Positions 1-12,027 are shown, counted from the first letter of the stretch. The stretch is DNA of 64,000 nt from an uncultured Planctomycetota bacterium (GCA_963845755.1 CAWJTV010000005.1:576001-640000), one strand, 5' to 3'. Numbers and translations are program-made. Notes: a model not told the origin generated them from the sequence alone.

Positions 1-1682
1 GCGCGATGCTCTGCACCATCCAGGGAGACGTCTGGCACGTTGACGGGCTGGATGACACGCTCCAGAACGTGCGATGGCGGCGGTACGCCTCGGGGCTGCA
101 TCAGGCCCTGGGACTGGTCGTCGCCGAGGGGAAGGTCTATGTCCTGGGCCGGGACCAGATCACCCGGCTGGTTGACCTCGACGGCGACGGCGAGGCCGAT
201 TTCCACGAGTGCTTCAGCAACGCGTTCGACACCTCACCAGCCGGACACGATTTCATCTGTGGCCTGCAACGCGACACGGCGGGACGGTTCTATACCGCAT
301 CGGGCAAGCAAGGGCTGCTACGGATCTCGGCCGACGGTCGATCGATCGAGGTGATCGCGACCGGTTTTCGCAATCCGGATGGGTTGGGGCTGGCACCCGA
401 CGGTACGGTGACCGTACCGGCCTCCGAGGGCGACTGGTCCCCCGCCTCGATGGTCTGCGAGATTCGCCCTGGCGGCCATTACGGCTACCTCGGCCCCCGC
501 GGCGGCGCTCCGCCAGACCTTCCGCTGGTGTATCTTCCTCGGGGTCTGGATAACTCCAGCTCGGCCCAGGTCACGGTTCCCGACGACCGGTTTGGTCCGC
601 TCCGGGGCCAGATGCTCCACTTTTCCTTCGGTGCGGGCACGTACTTCCTGCTGCTACGGGAAAACGTTGCCGGCCAATCGCAAGGCGCGGCCGTGCCGAT
701 GCCGGGCGAGTTCCTCTCGGGCGTGCACCGTGGCCGTTTCAACCCAAAGGATGGGCACCTCTATGTCACCGGGATGACCGGGTGGGGCACCTACACGCCG
801 CTCGATGGATGTTTTCAGCGCGTGCGCTACACCGGCGATCCGGTTCAGCTTCCCGTGGAGTACCACGCTCACGAGAACGGGGTCGTCCTGCGGTTCTCCC
901 GGCCGCTGGATCGGGCCATCGCCGAACGGCCCGATCGACACTTCGCCCAGGCCTGGAACTACCGATACAGCTCGGGATACGGCTCTCCCGAGTTGTCCCC
1001 GGGCCATCCTGGCCAACCCGGGCATGACGCGTTGGCGATTCGCTCGGCCCACATCATGGCGGACGGACACACCCTGTTCCTGGAGATGCCAGACCTCCAA
1101 CCGGTGAATCAACTCCACTTGCACGTGCGCCCGGATGCCGGCTCGCCACTCGACATGTTCGCCACTGTCAATCGTCTGGCGCCGCCCTTCACCGGGTTCT
1201 CGGGGTACCTTCCCGTCGCCAAGACGGTCGCCTCACACCCGATCCTGGGCGACATGGTGGCGCTGTCTCAGCGGCCGAAGCCGAATCCCTGGCATCGTAA
1301 ACTCCGAGGCGAACGGACGGTCACCATCGAGGCCGGCAAGAACTTGAGTTACAGCACGCGATCGTTCACAGTCCGGGCGGGCGAGGCCATCCGGCTGTCC
1401 TTCCTCAACCCGGACGTCGTGCCGCACAACTGGGCGCTCATCAAGCCCGGGACCCTAAACCGCGTGGGCGACCTCGTGAACAAGATCGTCGCCGAGCCCG
1501 ACGCCGCGACTCGCCATTACATCCCCAGAACCGACGACGTGCTGGTCTACACCGACATTGTCGGCCCGCAGGATCAGTACGCCATCTCCTTCCGGGCGCC
1601 GACCACCCCGGGACGATATCCATACCTGTGCACTTTTCCCGGTCACTGGATGGTGATGAACGGGGAGATGATCGTCAAATAG
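1..1682 (+). CDS. Beta-propeller (sugar-dehydrogenase-like) protein with C-terminal azurin/auracyanin-type blue-copper domain; probably 5' truncated by window edge
   Basis: Propeller motifs GLHQALGL and TGFRNPDGLG; type-1 copper ligands in PHNW and YLCTFPGHWMVM; frame open to window start. Confidence 0.8.
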   Translation, partial: AMLCTIQGDVWHVDGLDDTLQNVRWRRYASGLHQALGLVVAEGKVYVLGRDQITRLVDLDGDGEADFHECFSNAFDTSPAGHDFICGLQRDTAGRFYTASGKQGLLRISADGRSIEVIATGFRNPDGLGLAPDGTVTVPASEGDWSPASMVCEIRPGGHYGYLGPRGGAPPDLPLVYLPRGLDNSSSAQVTVPDDRFGPLRGQMLHFSFGAGTYFLLLRENVAGQSQGAAVPMPGEFLSGVHRGRFNPKDGHLYVTGMTGWGTYTPLDGCFQRVRYTGDPVQLPVEYHAHENGVVLRFSRPLDRAIAERPDRHFAQAWNYRYSSGYGSPELSPGHPGQPGHDALAIRSAHIMADGHTLFLEMPDLQPVNQLHLHVRPDAGSPLDMFATVNRLAPPFTGFSGYLPVAKTVASHPILGDMVALSQRPKPNPWHRKLRGERTVTIEAGKNLSYSTRSFTVRAGEAIRLSFLNPDVVPHNWALIKPGTLNRVGDLVNKIVAEPDAATRHYIPRTDDVLVYTDIVGPQDQYAISFRAPTTPGRYPYLCTFPGHWMVMNGEMIVK

Positions 1683-1688
1683 CCCGGC

Positions 1689-2789
1689 TCAAGTGGATTC
1701 GAGCCGCGGAGAACCGCGTTGGGCCACGTGATCCAGCACGCCTCGGTAAAGTTCGAGGAGTCGGTCCGCCTCAACCTCGGGGTCGAAATCGCTCTGGACG
1801 TATTTCCGCGCATTCCGGCCGAGCCGGCGCACCTCATCGGGGTAATCGAGCAGTTCGGCGATCGCGATCTGGAGCGCTTCCGGATCATCGGGCGCGGTCA
1901 TCAGACCGCTAGAGCCTGCCTGGATGAGCCCGCGTAGTCCGTCGACGCTCGTCGCAATGCAAGCGACCCCATGGGCCATCGCCTGAAGGAGCGGAACCCC
2001 CGCGTTGGGGACGATGGAGGGTTGACAATAGATATCCAGCACCGTCCAGTATTCCGTGCCCACCGAGGGGAATTCGGCCACTGTGACCCGCTCTCCGATC
2101 CGGAGCTGCTGGGCGCGGCGGCGTAGTTCGAGCTGATTGGCGCCTTGACCAGCGATCACGAACTCGACATCCCGATCGGCATCCAAGATGCGTCGAGCAG
2201 CCTCGAGAAACACCATCAGACCCGAGCCCTCATCGAGTGGACCACCTGTGCCGATGACGGGAACTCTCCCCGTTCCGTTTATCCGAAGCGGCTCGTGCGG
2301 CAGGACGATCCCTGGCGGGATCACAGTCACTCGCTGGGCCGGCACTCCTAACTCTTCAATGAGGTCATCCGCGAGATCCGGGTTGGTGGCGACCACGTGG
2401 TGACACCACTGGCGGCTCAGACGGAGGCCCTTCTCGATGGTCCGGAAGTCGGCGATCGTCTGAATGTAGGGGAGTCGGGCAGACTCGGTAAGGGTCAAGG
2501 CCGCTTCAATCATTTCGTCATGCACGACGTGGACGAGGTCGGGGCGTTCCAGTCGGACGTCGTCCCAAAGCGCGCGCGCCGCCAGGCCTTTGAGCCAGCG
2601 CCGGCCCAGCGCCGGCAACTCGAAAACGCGCGGGTCGCCCGGCAACACATTCCCTTTGGAGACGCAGAGCACCTGGAGGCGGCAACCCCGTCGCTCGAGC
2701 CTGTCCAGCCATGGTGCCAGCGGCCAGCGCACATCGTACCGGCTCAAGCGTCCGGCCAGGATCCATATGTTGAGAACCCGATCCGTCAT
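1689..2789 (-). CDS. Glycosyltransferase family 4 (GT-B)-like protein
   Basis: [49 protein letters not shown] at 2789. Confidence 0.85.
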   Translation of the reverse strand: MTDRVLNIWILAGRLSRYDVRWPLAPWLDRLERRGCRLQVLCVSKGNVLPGDPRVFELPALGRRWLKGLAARALWDDVRLERPDLVHVVHDEMIEAALTLTESARLPYIQTIADFRTIEKGLRLSRQWCHHVVATNPDLADDLIEELGVPAQRVTVIPPGIVLPHEPLRINGTGRVPVIGTGGPLDEGSGLMVFLEAARRILDADRDVEFVIAGQGANQLELRRRAQQLRIGERVTVAEFPSVGTEYWTVLDIYCQPSIVPNAGVPLLQAMAHGVACIATSVDGLRGLIQAGSSGLMTAPDDPEALQIAIAELLDYPDEVRRLGRNARKYVQSDFDPEVEADRLLELYRGVLDHVAQRGSPRLEST

Positions 2790-2939
2790 GTATTCCCGCC
2801 GCTCAAGCAAGACCTTAAAGGCCGTCCCTCAGATCGATCGCGCCCCCATCCGGCCGTTGGAATCGATGCGTCCATGGTTTATACTGGTGAGGCTCGGCAA
2901 GCAATGACTGGCCAGACGTTCCGTAGTTCGAGTCACCGC

Positions 2940-3913
2940 ATGAATTCAACGACCGTGGAAACTCCGACAACCTCACTGGACGAACTGCTGTCCCTTTGCA
3001 ATCGGCTGATGGAGAACGTCGGCCTTGTCGTGCTCGGCAAGGAAGAAGTCATCCGGCTCGCCGTCGTTGCCCTGCTCGCCGAGGGCCACGTGCTGATCGA
3101 GGATGTGCCCGGTGTGGGAAAGACGCTGTTGGCGCGGCGCTGGCCGCGAGTATCGATTGTTCCTTCCGGAGAATCCAGTTCACTCCCGACTTGCTGCCTT
3201 CAGATGTCCTGGGGTCGAGCATCTATCATGCTCCTTCGGGCGATTTCGTGTTCAAACCCGGTCCCCTGTTCGCGAACGTGATTCTCGCGGACGAGATCAA
3301 CCGCACCACGCCGCGGACCCAGAGTGCCCTCCTGGAAGCGATGAGCGATCGCCAGGTCTCGGTCGAAGGAAAGACCCATACTCTGCCACCCCCGTTCATC
3401 GTGCTCGCCACGCAGAACCCCTATGAATTCGAAGGCACCTACATCCTGCCGGAGAGTCAACTGGACCGATTCATGATCCGGCTCCGGATGGGCTACCCGA
3501 TTCGCTCGGAGGAACGAAAGGTCTTCGCCAGCCATCGCAACGGCGAGCCCGTCAACACCCTGGCCCCGATACTCTCCTCCGAAGATGTCCTGATGCTCCA
3601 GCGTGGTGTACGAACCATCCAGGTTGACGACGCAATCGGTGAATACTTGCTGGATATCGTGCATGCGACTCGACGAAGTGAGGATCTCCATGTGGGTGTG
3701 AGTACGCGGGGCGCGCTGACGCTCTATCGTGCGGCGCAAAGTTTGGCCTTGGTCTCGGGTCGCAACTACGTGATCCCGGATGACATCAAGGCCCTGGTGG
3801 TCCCGGTCCTGGCGCACCGGGTCGTCGGCAAGTCATTCCTCCAGGCGGGCGAGTTCGGCGCGGCTGAGGCGATCATCCGCGACATTGTGGATCGTATCCG
3901 CGTCCCCACGTGA
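2940..3913 (+). CDS. MoxR-family AAA+ ATPase (one frameshift near 3135)
   Basis: [14 protein letters not shown] (Walker A) in one frame; [32 protein letters not shown] in the next. Confidence 0.93.
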
Positions 3914-4110
3914 GCACCTGTGGTGAATCCACAATTCACGAGAGCGAGTCACGAATGGCGAGTGGAATTTAACCCGTTTTCGATCGTTCTTTACGCTCAG
4001 TCGTACGCGTAGCCTGGCGGCTGTCATCCAATCGCCTGATCGAGTCTGGGTCGGTGCATCCTAGAGGAGTGGGAGAGCGTGCCGCTTTCCTTGACGTGGA
4101 GAAGAGATCC

Positions 4111-5532
4111 ATGAAAGCGGACGACAGAATTCGCCAGCGCGCGCCTCGTGGTCGCCTCCGGCGGCTGGCGGCGGGCGTTCTCGGTGCCCTGGGCCCTGCG
4201 GAACGCTCGATCCTGACCCGCGAAGGGTTCTTTTACTTCCTGGTCAGCCTGACGCTCCTGGTCGCGGGGTTGATCCAGCAGGTCAATCTGATCCTTCTCG
4301 TCTTCACTCTGGCAGCCGGCCCCTTCCTCGCGTCGATCTTCGGGAGCCGCACGATGTTGCGCCGGCTGATCGTGCAGCGCCGGATTCCCGTTTATGTCTT
4401 TTCGGGCGATCCGCTGATGATCGATTATGCCGTGGAGAATGGGCGCCGGTATTATCCGGCACTCGCTTTATTCATCGACGATTCGGTGATCCCCGTCGAT
4501 CGTGCAGTCTCCGGGTCGGGGAGCCTGTCTCCTCGAGTGTTCTTCGCGCGCATCCCCGGGCGGGAACGGGCGCGGCTCCAGTGGAAGTGTGTCAGTCCGA
4601 AGCGCGGAAGATATGAGTTCCGGGACCTCGACGTCGGCACCCGTGCTCCTTTCGGAATCGTCGAGCATCGTGTTACGATCTCGCTGCCGGGCGAAATCCT
4701 CGTTTATCCGAGGATCGGCCAGTTGACCCGGCGATGGTTCCTGATCCAACGCCAGGCGATCGAGAACCGTCGTGGTCAGCGCCATGACCAGTCGGCGCAG
4801 CAGATGGAATATCACGGGTTGCGTGATTATCGGTCGGGCGACAGCCCGCGCTGGATCCACTGGCGGACGTCGGCCCGTCGAGGCGAGCTGATGGTCAAGG
4901 AGTTCGAGCAGCAGAGCGAGCAAGATCTTGCCATCCTGGTCGACCCCTGGCTTCCGAGGACCAAGGCCGTGGCCGAGCAGCGCGAGGCGGTCGAGCAGGC
5001 CGTCTCGTTCGCCGCAACCGTATGCCTGGAGACCTGCCGGCATCAGGGACGGCGGCTGATCCTGGGCTGGACCGGAGCGGCACCGGGTGCCCGGCATGGA
5101 CCGGCCTCCGTGAAGTTGCTTCACGAACTGCTCGAACAACTGGCCATCTTGCGACCGGCCAGTGAGGGGGGACTGGCGGAATTGCTGGATGTCTTGCCCC
5201 CGGTCGTCCTCCGCGAGGCGATCTTGATCATCATCTCGACCCGGCCCCTTAACCTCCTCGAAGAAGCCGAGCGCTCCTCGAGGCTATCGGGCGCCGCGGC
5301 TCGAAGCTTGATGGGTCGGGTCATCCTGCTCAACGCCACTCAGGGCGACCTGATTCCCCTGTTCAACGTCGGAGCGGACGCGACACAGAACATCCTTCAA
5401 TACCGACTCAGCAGCGCGATCCAGGAGCGACTCTCGACCCAGGATCAACGCCGCCGAGCGCCCGAGACCGACGACCACGAAGACGCCCCCACCCGCGGCG
5501 ATTCGACGCGGGATGGAGAGACCCGGCCATGA
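4111..5532 (+). CDS. DUF58 domain protein (MoxR partner)
   Basis: EYHGLRDYRSGDSPRWIHWRTSARRGELMVKEF signature; N-terminal TM pair. Confidence 0.92.
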   Translation: MKADDRIRQRAPRGRLRRLAAGVLGALGPAERSILTREGFFYFLVSLTLLVAGLIQQVNLILLVFTLAAGPFLASIFGSRTMLRRLIVQRRIPVYVFSGDPLMIDYAVENGRRYYPALALFIDDSVIPVDRAVSGSGSLSPRVFFARIPGRERARLQWKCVSPKRGRYEFRDLDVGTRAPFGIVEHRVTISLPGEILVYPRIGQLTRRWFLIQRQAIENRRGQRHDQSAQQMEYHGLRDYRSGDSPRWIHWRTSARRGELMVKEFEQQSEQDLAILVDPWLPRTKAVAEQREAVEQAVSFAATVCLETCRHQGRRLILGWTGAAPGARHGPASVKLLHELLEQLAILRPASEGGLAELLDVLPPVVLREAILIIISTRPLNLLEEAERSSRLSGAAARSLMGRVILLNATQGDLIPLFNVGADATQNILQYRLSSAIQERLSTQDQRRRAPETDDHEDAPTRGDSTRDGETRP

Positions 5533-7851
5533 ACAGCTATCTGATCTATCGCGCAACCTTCTACCTGATGCTCACCGTGGCCACCATGGCCTTGAGCGGC
5601 GACGCCGTGGAGAAGGGATTCGCGCAACTCTACCCCCTCGCCGTGGCGGTCGCGGGGTTCGCGGCCTTCCTCAGCGTGGATCGTCACTCGCGATGGGCGA
5701 TGTCCCGTCCGATCGCCAATGTCCTGGGCGTCATGACGCTCGGCGTCCTGTATTTCGAGTATCGGCTCGATGATACTCAGTTGATCCGCGCACTCGGACA
5801 CTGGCTCGTTTACCTCCAGTTGATCAAGTATTTCCTCCCCAAGACTCCCGCCGATGACTGGTTCCTCTTTCTACTCGGGCTGATGGAGGTGCTCATCGGG
5901 GCCGTGATCAGTCAGGGCGAGGGGTTGGGGATCTGGCTTTTCGCCTGGGCGATGCTGGCGATCTGGGTGCTGGGCCAGTTCTTTCTTCAACGTGAGGCCG
6001 TCCGGTTCCAGCAGGGCGGCGACCTGAGCAGCGGACATATTCTGCCGCACGGCGAGGTCGACCCGTATGAAGGTCTCTTCGACCTCCCCTACGTTGTGGC
6101 GACGGCCCGCGTGCTGCTCACAACCCTCGCGTTGGGAGGCCTCATCTTCCTGACTCTCCCGCGCCAGACGGGCGCGACCCGTTCGCAGGCCGGCTCCCCG
6201 ATGCCTCGGCATTTGACCGGCTTCGACGAGGAAGTGGCACTCGGTCAATTCGGCGAGATCCTGGAGAATGACTCGGTCGTAATGACCGTCGATTTTACCG
6301 ATGCGGAAGGCAAGTCGGTCGACCCGCCGAACGAGCCCTTGTGGCGCGGCGTGACCATGCTCCGCTATGTGAAAGGGCGATGGCGGCGCCAGGCCCATGG
6401 GCCCACACAGATGTACGTCGGCTTCGCGGAGCGGGGACGACCCACCAAGCTGCTTCGCCAGCGTATTAAGCTCGAAGGGAACGATTCGCCCACCCTGTTC
6501 GGCATCAGACCGATCCGGGATGCCAACTCGGGGCCCCGGCTACCTCCTTACCTGAATCCGATGGATGGGACGCTGCTTCGCCAGGATACTCGGGGCGGCT
6601 CCTATGATTACGAGGTCTCTTCCGACCCGTCCCCCGGCGGCCTCCAGCCCGGCGAGGAACCACCAAGTCCGGCACAAAGGGAGTTACTCCTCTCCATCGA
6701 ATCCGAGGCCCTCAAGGCGCGACTCCGACAGCTTGCCGAGCCGGTGATCGCATCCGTCACGAAGAAACATCCGGGAGTGACCATCGAACAGGCCCTCGTG
6801 ATGACTGAAGAGGAGAGAGCCCCGATCGAACAGGCTCGACTAGCCTGGACTGAGGCCTGTGCCCGAGCCCTCGAATCCTACCTACGCGACTCCGGTCTTT
6901 TCTCGTATACGCTCCACATGCAGGTCATCGACGACACTCTCGATCCGGTTGAGGACTTCCTGGTTAATCGTCGAATGGGACATTGTGAATACTTCGCCAG
7001 TGCGCGTGGCGCTGCTACTTCGTTCGATCGACATCCCGGCCCGAATGGTCAACGGCTTCAAGGGAGGCGACTGGAACGACCTGACCCAGACGATGAACGT
7101 CCGCGAGAAGCACGCTCATAGCTGGGTCGAGGCTTACGGCGGGCTCGGGCCCGCCCATCGACCGGTCTGGATCAGCCTCGACCCGACGCCCTCCTTCGCA
7201 CGCGAGGAGTCGATCGCCCAGGTCGGCGGTATCGCCGGCAACTTCCGTCCCATGACCGACCTGATTCGACACATCTGGGTGTTCTACGTCGTCGGATACG
7301 ACCGCGACCGTCAGAATCGACTGCTATACGCGCCGATGCGACTGATGATCAGTTGGGTGCGAGAAAACTACAACAAGCTTGTTGCGCTGGCGTGGAAGGG
7401 ATTCGCCATCCTGTTCCATTTTCAGAACCTCAGCGCCTTCATCAGTTGGAGAGGCGGCGCCGTCGCATTCCTGGCCGGGCTACTCCTCGTCGGCATGGCC
7501 CACGTGGCGTACCGGTTGGGTCGTCGGATTCTCAAGTGGTTTCGCGGTCCGGGAGTCAACTCCACCTCGCTCTCGGCCGGCATCCTCTTTTACCGCCGAT
7601 TGACGCAACTGCTCGCCCACCTCGAGTTGGAACGGACTCCGGCGGAAACCCAGGGGGAGTTCGCCATCCGCGCCGGCAAGATGCTCACGGGCCAGGGCCT
7701 GCCGGCACAGGCCGTTGCCGACGTTCCCAAAGAAGTGGTTGACGCATTCTACCGCGTGCGATTCGGCCACCTGGAACTGCCGTCAACCTCGCTCGCCGAG
7801 CTCGATTCGCGACTGGACGAGCTCGAGGCCAGTCTGAATCACAATCGTTAG
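5529..7851 (+). CDS. Membrane transglutaminase-like protein (TgpA/DUF3488 + TGase + DUF4129 type; frameshift near 7005)
   Basis: Multi-TM N-terminus, TGFDEEVALG, triad motifs GHCEYFASA / HAHSWVE / LDPTP, C-terminal FYRVRFG; ATGA overlap with DUF58 gene. Confidence 0.9.
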
Positions 7852-7925
7852 TCATCAGGTTGCGACGGCCCCACCGGATAGCTCGGACCGCGCCCGTGAC
7901 CTTCGGATCGGCTCCGCCGACGAAC

Positions 7926-7946
7926 GACCAAGGACCAAGGAACAAA
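7926..7946 (+). repeat. Short heptamer tandem GACCAAG-GACCAAG-GAACAAA
   Basis: Read directly, just upstream of the YchF-like start. Confidence 0.5.
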
Positions 7947-7950
7947 GAAG

Positions 7951-8973
7951 ATGCGAGTTGGAATCGTCGGTTTCGCCGGAAGTGGCAAGAGCACGCTGTT
8001 TCAACTCTTGACTGGAGCACGTCCTGATCCGGGGAAGATCCACTCGGGACAGATCGGGGTCGCGACGCTGACCGACCCGAGGCTGGACTACCTGGCGTCG
8101 TTACATCAACCCAAGAAGGTGACTCCGGCCACGGTCGAGTTCCTGGATACACCCGGCCTTCTCGCCGGTTCGCACGCCGACAATCCCCAGCGATTGGCGT
8201 TGATCCGTGAAGGCGATGCCTTGCTGATCGTCTTGAACGGATTCGGCGGCGGCGACCCCGCCTCGGAGCTGACCAGGTTCCGCGAGGAGATGCTCTTCGC
8301 CGACCTCACGGTCGTCACCAACCGGACCGAGCGTCTTGAGGCCAGCGTCAAGAAGCCGCGACCGGACCGCGAGGCTCTGATCAAGGAGCTGGAAGTGGTC
8401 AAGATCGTCCAGGCCGCGCTCGAACAGGGCCAGAGCGTCGACATGCTTGGTCTGTCCGCGGACGACAAGAAGCCCCTCCGGTCGTTCGGTCTCTTGACGG
8501 ACAAGCCGCAGGTTGCGGTCTTGAACGCCCCCCAGGGGTCGGGGGTGTCCGACTCGCTCCGCGACATCGCACCGGAAGCTCTGACCATCGACGCCCAGCT
8601 CGAGCTGGAGCTCACCCACCTCGATCCCGAGGAACGTGCCGCCTTCATGGCCGACCTGGAGATCCAGGAGCTTGGTCACGATCGAATCATCCGCCGGGCT
8701 TACGACGCGGTCGGGATCATCACCTTCTTCACGGCCGGGGATCCCGAGGTCCGCGGCTGGAACCTCGAGAGAGGCGCCACCGCCGTCGAGGCCGCCGGCA
8801 AGATCCACACCGACCTCGCCAAGGGATTCATTCGCGCGGAGGTGACGCCGTACGACGAGCTCCATCAAGCCGGCTCGCTCAAGGAAGCCAAGCTAAAGCA
8901 CCTCCAGCGGCTCGAAGGCAAGGAGTACATCGTGAAGGATGGTGACGTCGTGTATTTCCGGAGCGCGCTCTAA
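7951..8973 (+). CDS. YchF/Obg-family P-loop NTPase, divergent paralog
   Basis: GFAGSGKST, DPRLD, FLDTPG, TFFTAG, AAGKIHTDLAKGFIRAEV, RLEGKEYIVKDGDV. Confidence 0.88.
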   Translation: MRVGIVGFAGSGKSTLFQLLTGARPDPGKIHSGQIGVATLTDPRLDYLASLHQPKKVTPATVEFLDTPGLLAGSHADNPQRLALIREGDALLIVLNGFGGGDPASELTRFREEMLFADLTVVTNRTERLEASVKKPRPDREALIKELEVVKIVQAALEQGQSVDMLGLSADDKKPLRSFGLLTDKPQVAVLNAPQGSGVSDSLRDIAPEALTIDAQLELELTHLDPEERAAFMADLEIQELGHDRIIRRAYDAVGIITFFTAGDPEVRGWNLERGATAVEAAGKIHTDLAKGFIRAEVTPYDELHQAGSLKEAKLKHLQRLEGKEYIVKDGDVVYFRSAL

Positions 8974-9003
8974 CGGTCGAGGCCAACCGGACCTCCGCGT
9001 GCG

Positions 9004-9594
9004 TCAACGAACTGTCGGGGTGCGAAGCAAGGTTCCCGGTACGAGTGGTGAATCGCGCCTCGGCAACGCATCGCGATTGGCACGCCACAGGGCATCTGCC
9101 CGGGTGGCCGTTCCATAAACGCGCAGGGCCACGTCTGCGATCGTCTCCTCGGCGCCGACAACGGTGACGGCCTGCGCGGGTTGGTGGGCCTCGCGGGGGC
9201 GCACCGGCAACGCCGTAACGGCACCGGCCAGCTGTGACTCCGGACCAGGGCGAATGGAGGACTTTGACGCCTGACGGATGACCGCACGCCCGGAAGTCGG
9301 TGCCGCCGAGATTGACGGATTCACGACGAGCCGAGGCGCTTCGTCTCCGATGGGAGCTCCTGTCTTGACGGCATTCTTAGCGGGAGCCGGCGCATGACCG
9401 GCACTCGGCTCCGAGTGAGGCGGGGTCAACCTGGCAAGATCGGCCCCAGGTTGCGAGGACGGGACAGTCTCCGCCGTCTGAGCCGCTTCCGCTGAGCCCC
9501 GGGTCCGAGACGGCCCTCTCGGAAACAAGGCCACGCCAAAAAAGCCAACGATGAGCACGCTGAGGATGATACTGGGCCCGGCTTGTTGATTCAT
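9004..9594 (-). CDS. Membrane-anchored protein with Pro/Ala-rich linker and C-terminal LysM-like domain
   Basis: N-terminal hydrophobic helix; C-terminal ETIADVALRVYG..LWRANR..LVPGTLLRTP. Confidence 0.65.
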   Translation of the reverse strand: MNQQAGPSIILSVLIVGFFGVALFPRGPSRTRGSAEAAQTAETVPSSQPGADLARLTPPHSEPSAGHAPAPAKNAVKTGAPIGDEAPRLVVNPSISAAPTSGRAVIRQASKSSIRPGPESQLAGAVTALPVRPREAHQPAQAVTVVGAEETIADVALRVYGTATRADALWRANRDALPRRDSPLVPGTLLRTPTVR

Positions 9595-9879
9595 GATCGA
9601 TCATCGCGCAATGTTACATCAAGGGTGCGAAACCTGGTGCACTATATCCGGTTATCGGTCGGGGTGACCTGTTACTTGAACCTAAGTTCAAGGAATCGCC
9701 GATCGATCTCTGGGACCTCCGGGATCGTATTAGTGGTTGGCCGGACCTCTCAGTTGCCGATATGACACAAGAAGTTGTGGCTGCCCTTGTCCCTCGAAGG
9801 GCTTCCGGTTAGGATGTCAGTGATGGAGTCGGTCGTTTTCCCACGAACCAATTCGGTTTCAGATCAGGAACAGAAGCCC

Positions 9880-11954
9880 ATGCCCCGGATAGCCTTCCGT
9901 CCGTTGGTGCTGATCGCGGTCCTGGCGTTGATGGCCGTGATCGTCGGGGCTCAGGCCCCCGTTCCTCAGGCTGAGGATCAGGAAACCGCGCGGGAGGTCG
10001 TCGAGCTCGTCGAACGGAATCACATGGCACGTCCGGTCATTGATGATGAGATCGCGGTCAAGTGGTGCGACAATTTCATCAAGGACCTCGACCCTCAGAA
10101 GTACTATTTCTTGAAGGCGGACGTCGAGGATTTCAAGAAGGACGCGAAGAGCCTGGACGACCAGATTCGCGAGGGCAATATCGACTTCGCCCGGAAGGTC
10201 TTCGCCCGATTCCTACAACGTAGCGATGAGCGGTTCAAGTCGTCGATGGAGCTATTGAAACAGAAATTCGACTTCAGTCAGGACGAGTACCTGAGCGACG
10301 ACGCCGAGAAGATCGATTATCCCGCGGACAAGGCCGAGGCGGATGCCCGCTGGCGCAAGAAAGTGAAGCTGGATCTCCTGATCAGCAAGGTCGTCGAAGA
10401 CCTGAGCGACGCCGAAGCCGTCCACAAGTGGGAAATCCGCTACAAAGATCGCAACCGATTCTGGCACCAGACGGATTCTAATGAGCTCCTCCAGATCTAT
10501 CTCACCAGCTTGACCAAGACGTTCGATCCCCATACGTCCTACCTGGGTCAGAAGGACCTGGAGGATATGCTCAACCAGCAACTCCACCTCTCGCTGGAGG
10601 GGATCGGCGCATCGCTCCGTTCCGAGGACGGGTATGCCGTCGTCCAGGAGGTCGTGCCCGGAATGGCCGCGGACAAGGATGGCCGGCTCCAGCCCGAGGA
10701 CAAGATCATCGGCATCCAGAAGGAAAACGGTGAAGAGGTCAACCTGGTCGAGAAAAAGCTGAGTGACGTCGTTCGCTACATTCGGGGCCCGCCGGGACCA
10801 AGGTCCGGTTGATCGTTCAGCCCGATGGGACGAAGGAGCGGCGCACCTACGAGTTGACGCGGGAAAAGATCGAGCTCAAGGAGCAACACGCCAAGTCCAA
10901 GGTGCTCGATGTGAAGGCAACCGATGGCAAGAACCTCAAGGTCGGAATCATCAACTTGCCGGCCTTCTACGGCGACACCGCCGCAATTATCCGTGGCGAT
11001 CCCAACGCCGTCAGCGCGACCTCCGATTGCCGTAGGTTCCTGGAAGGGTTCAAGAAGGACGGCGTCGAGGCGGTCGTGATGGACCTTCGGGGAAACGGCG
11101 GCGGGCTGCTTGACGAGGCCAAGACTCTCTCGGGTCTGTTCATCGACACGGGCCCCGTCGTCCAGGTGAAGGAAGTCTTCGGGGTCAGGCACTACGATGA
11201 CGAGGACGTGGGAACGGCCTGGGATGGGCCGCTCGTCGTCCTCATCGACAAGGCGAGTGCGAGCGCCTCCGAGATCTTCGCGGGAGTGATCAAGGACTAC
11301 GGCCGCGGGCTGATCATCGGCGACTCGAGCACGTTTGGCAAAGGGACGGTCCAGAGCATCATGCTCATCCAGGACCGTTCGCGCCGACACGAGGCCAAGA
11401 ATCCCAACCGCGGTGCACTGAAATTGACCATCCAGCAGTTCTTCCGGGCCAATGGCGACAGCACCCAGATCAATGGCGTCGCGCCTCACATCCATCTCCC
11501 CTCGATGAACGATCATCGGGACTTTGGTGAGGGCAAGATGGATAACGCTGTCAAATTCGAGAAGGTCCCTCCCTTGGTCCACGACCAATACCACCGCGTA
11601 CCCTCAAATCTCCTTTCCCAATTGAACGAACGATCCACGGAGCGGAGGAAGTCCGAACCCAAGTTCCAGAAACTCGATGACCAGATCAAGAAGTACCTGG
11701 ATCGCAAGGCTCGGCACTCGATCTCGTTGAACGAAAAGAAGTTCCGAGCCGAGTATGTTCCCGAGGATCCCGAGGAGAAGTTGCTTGAGGAGAAGGCCAA
11801 GAAGGAGCGAAAGAAGAAGAAGTACGTGGAACGGGAGATCTGGAGCTCGGACTTCTACAACGATGAGGTCATTCGGATCGTGGCGGATTATTTGACGTTG
11901 GGTTCGAAAGTCCTGGCCGCCGCCCCCGAACGGGCCAAGTTCGTGGGACAGTGA
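9880..11954 (+). CDS. prc: Tail-specific (carboxy-terminal processing) protease Prc/Tsp, S41 (frameshift near 10790)
   Basis: Signal peptide, LDPQKYYF, FDPHTSYL, LEGIGA, PDZ, DLRGNGGG, ASASEI (Ser), TFGKGTVQ (Lys), STQINGV. Confidence 0.9.
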
Positions 11955-11984
11955 GTCCGGGATTCCCCAAGAGACCTGGATGCA

Positions 11985-12015
11985 GAAAAGGCCGGACGCG
12001 AGTCCGGCCTTTTTC
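11985..12015. terminator. Bidirectional intrinsic terminator
   Basis: AAAAGGCCGGAC-GCGA-GTCCGGCCTTTT perfect stem with GNRA loop and A/T tracts, between convergent genes. Confidence 0.9.
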
Positions 12016-12027
12016 ATGATCTCGACT

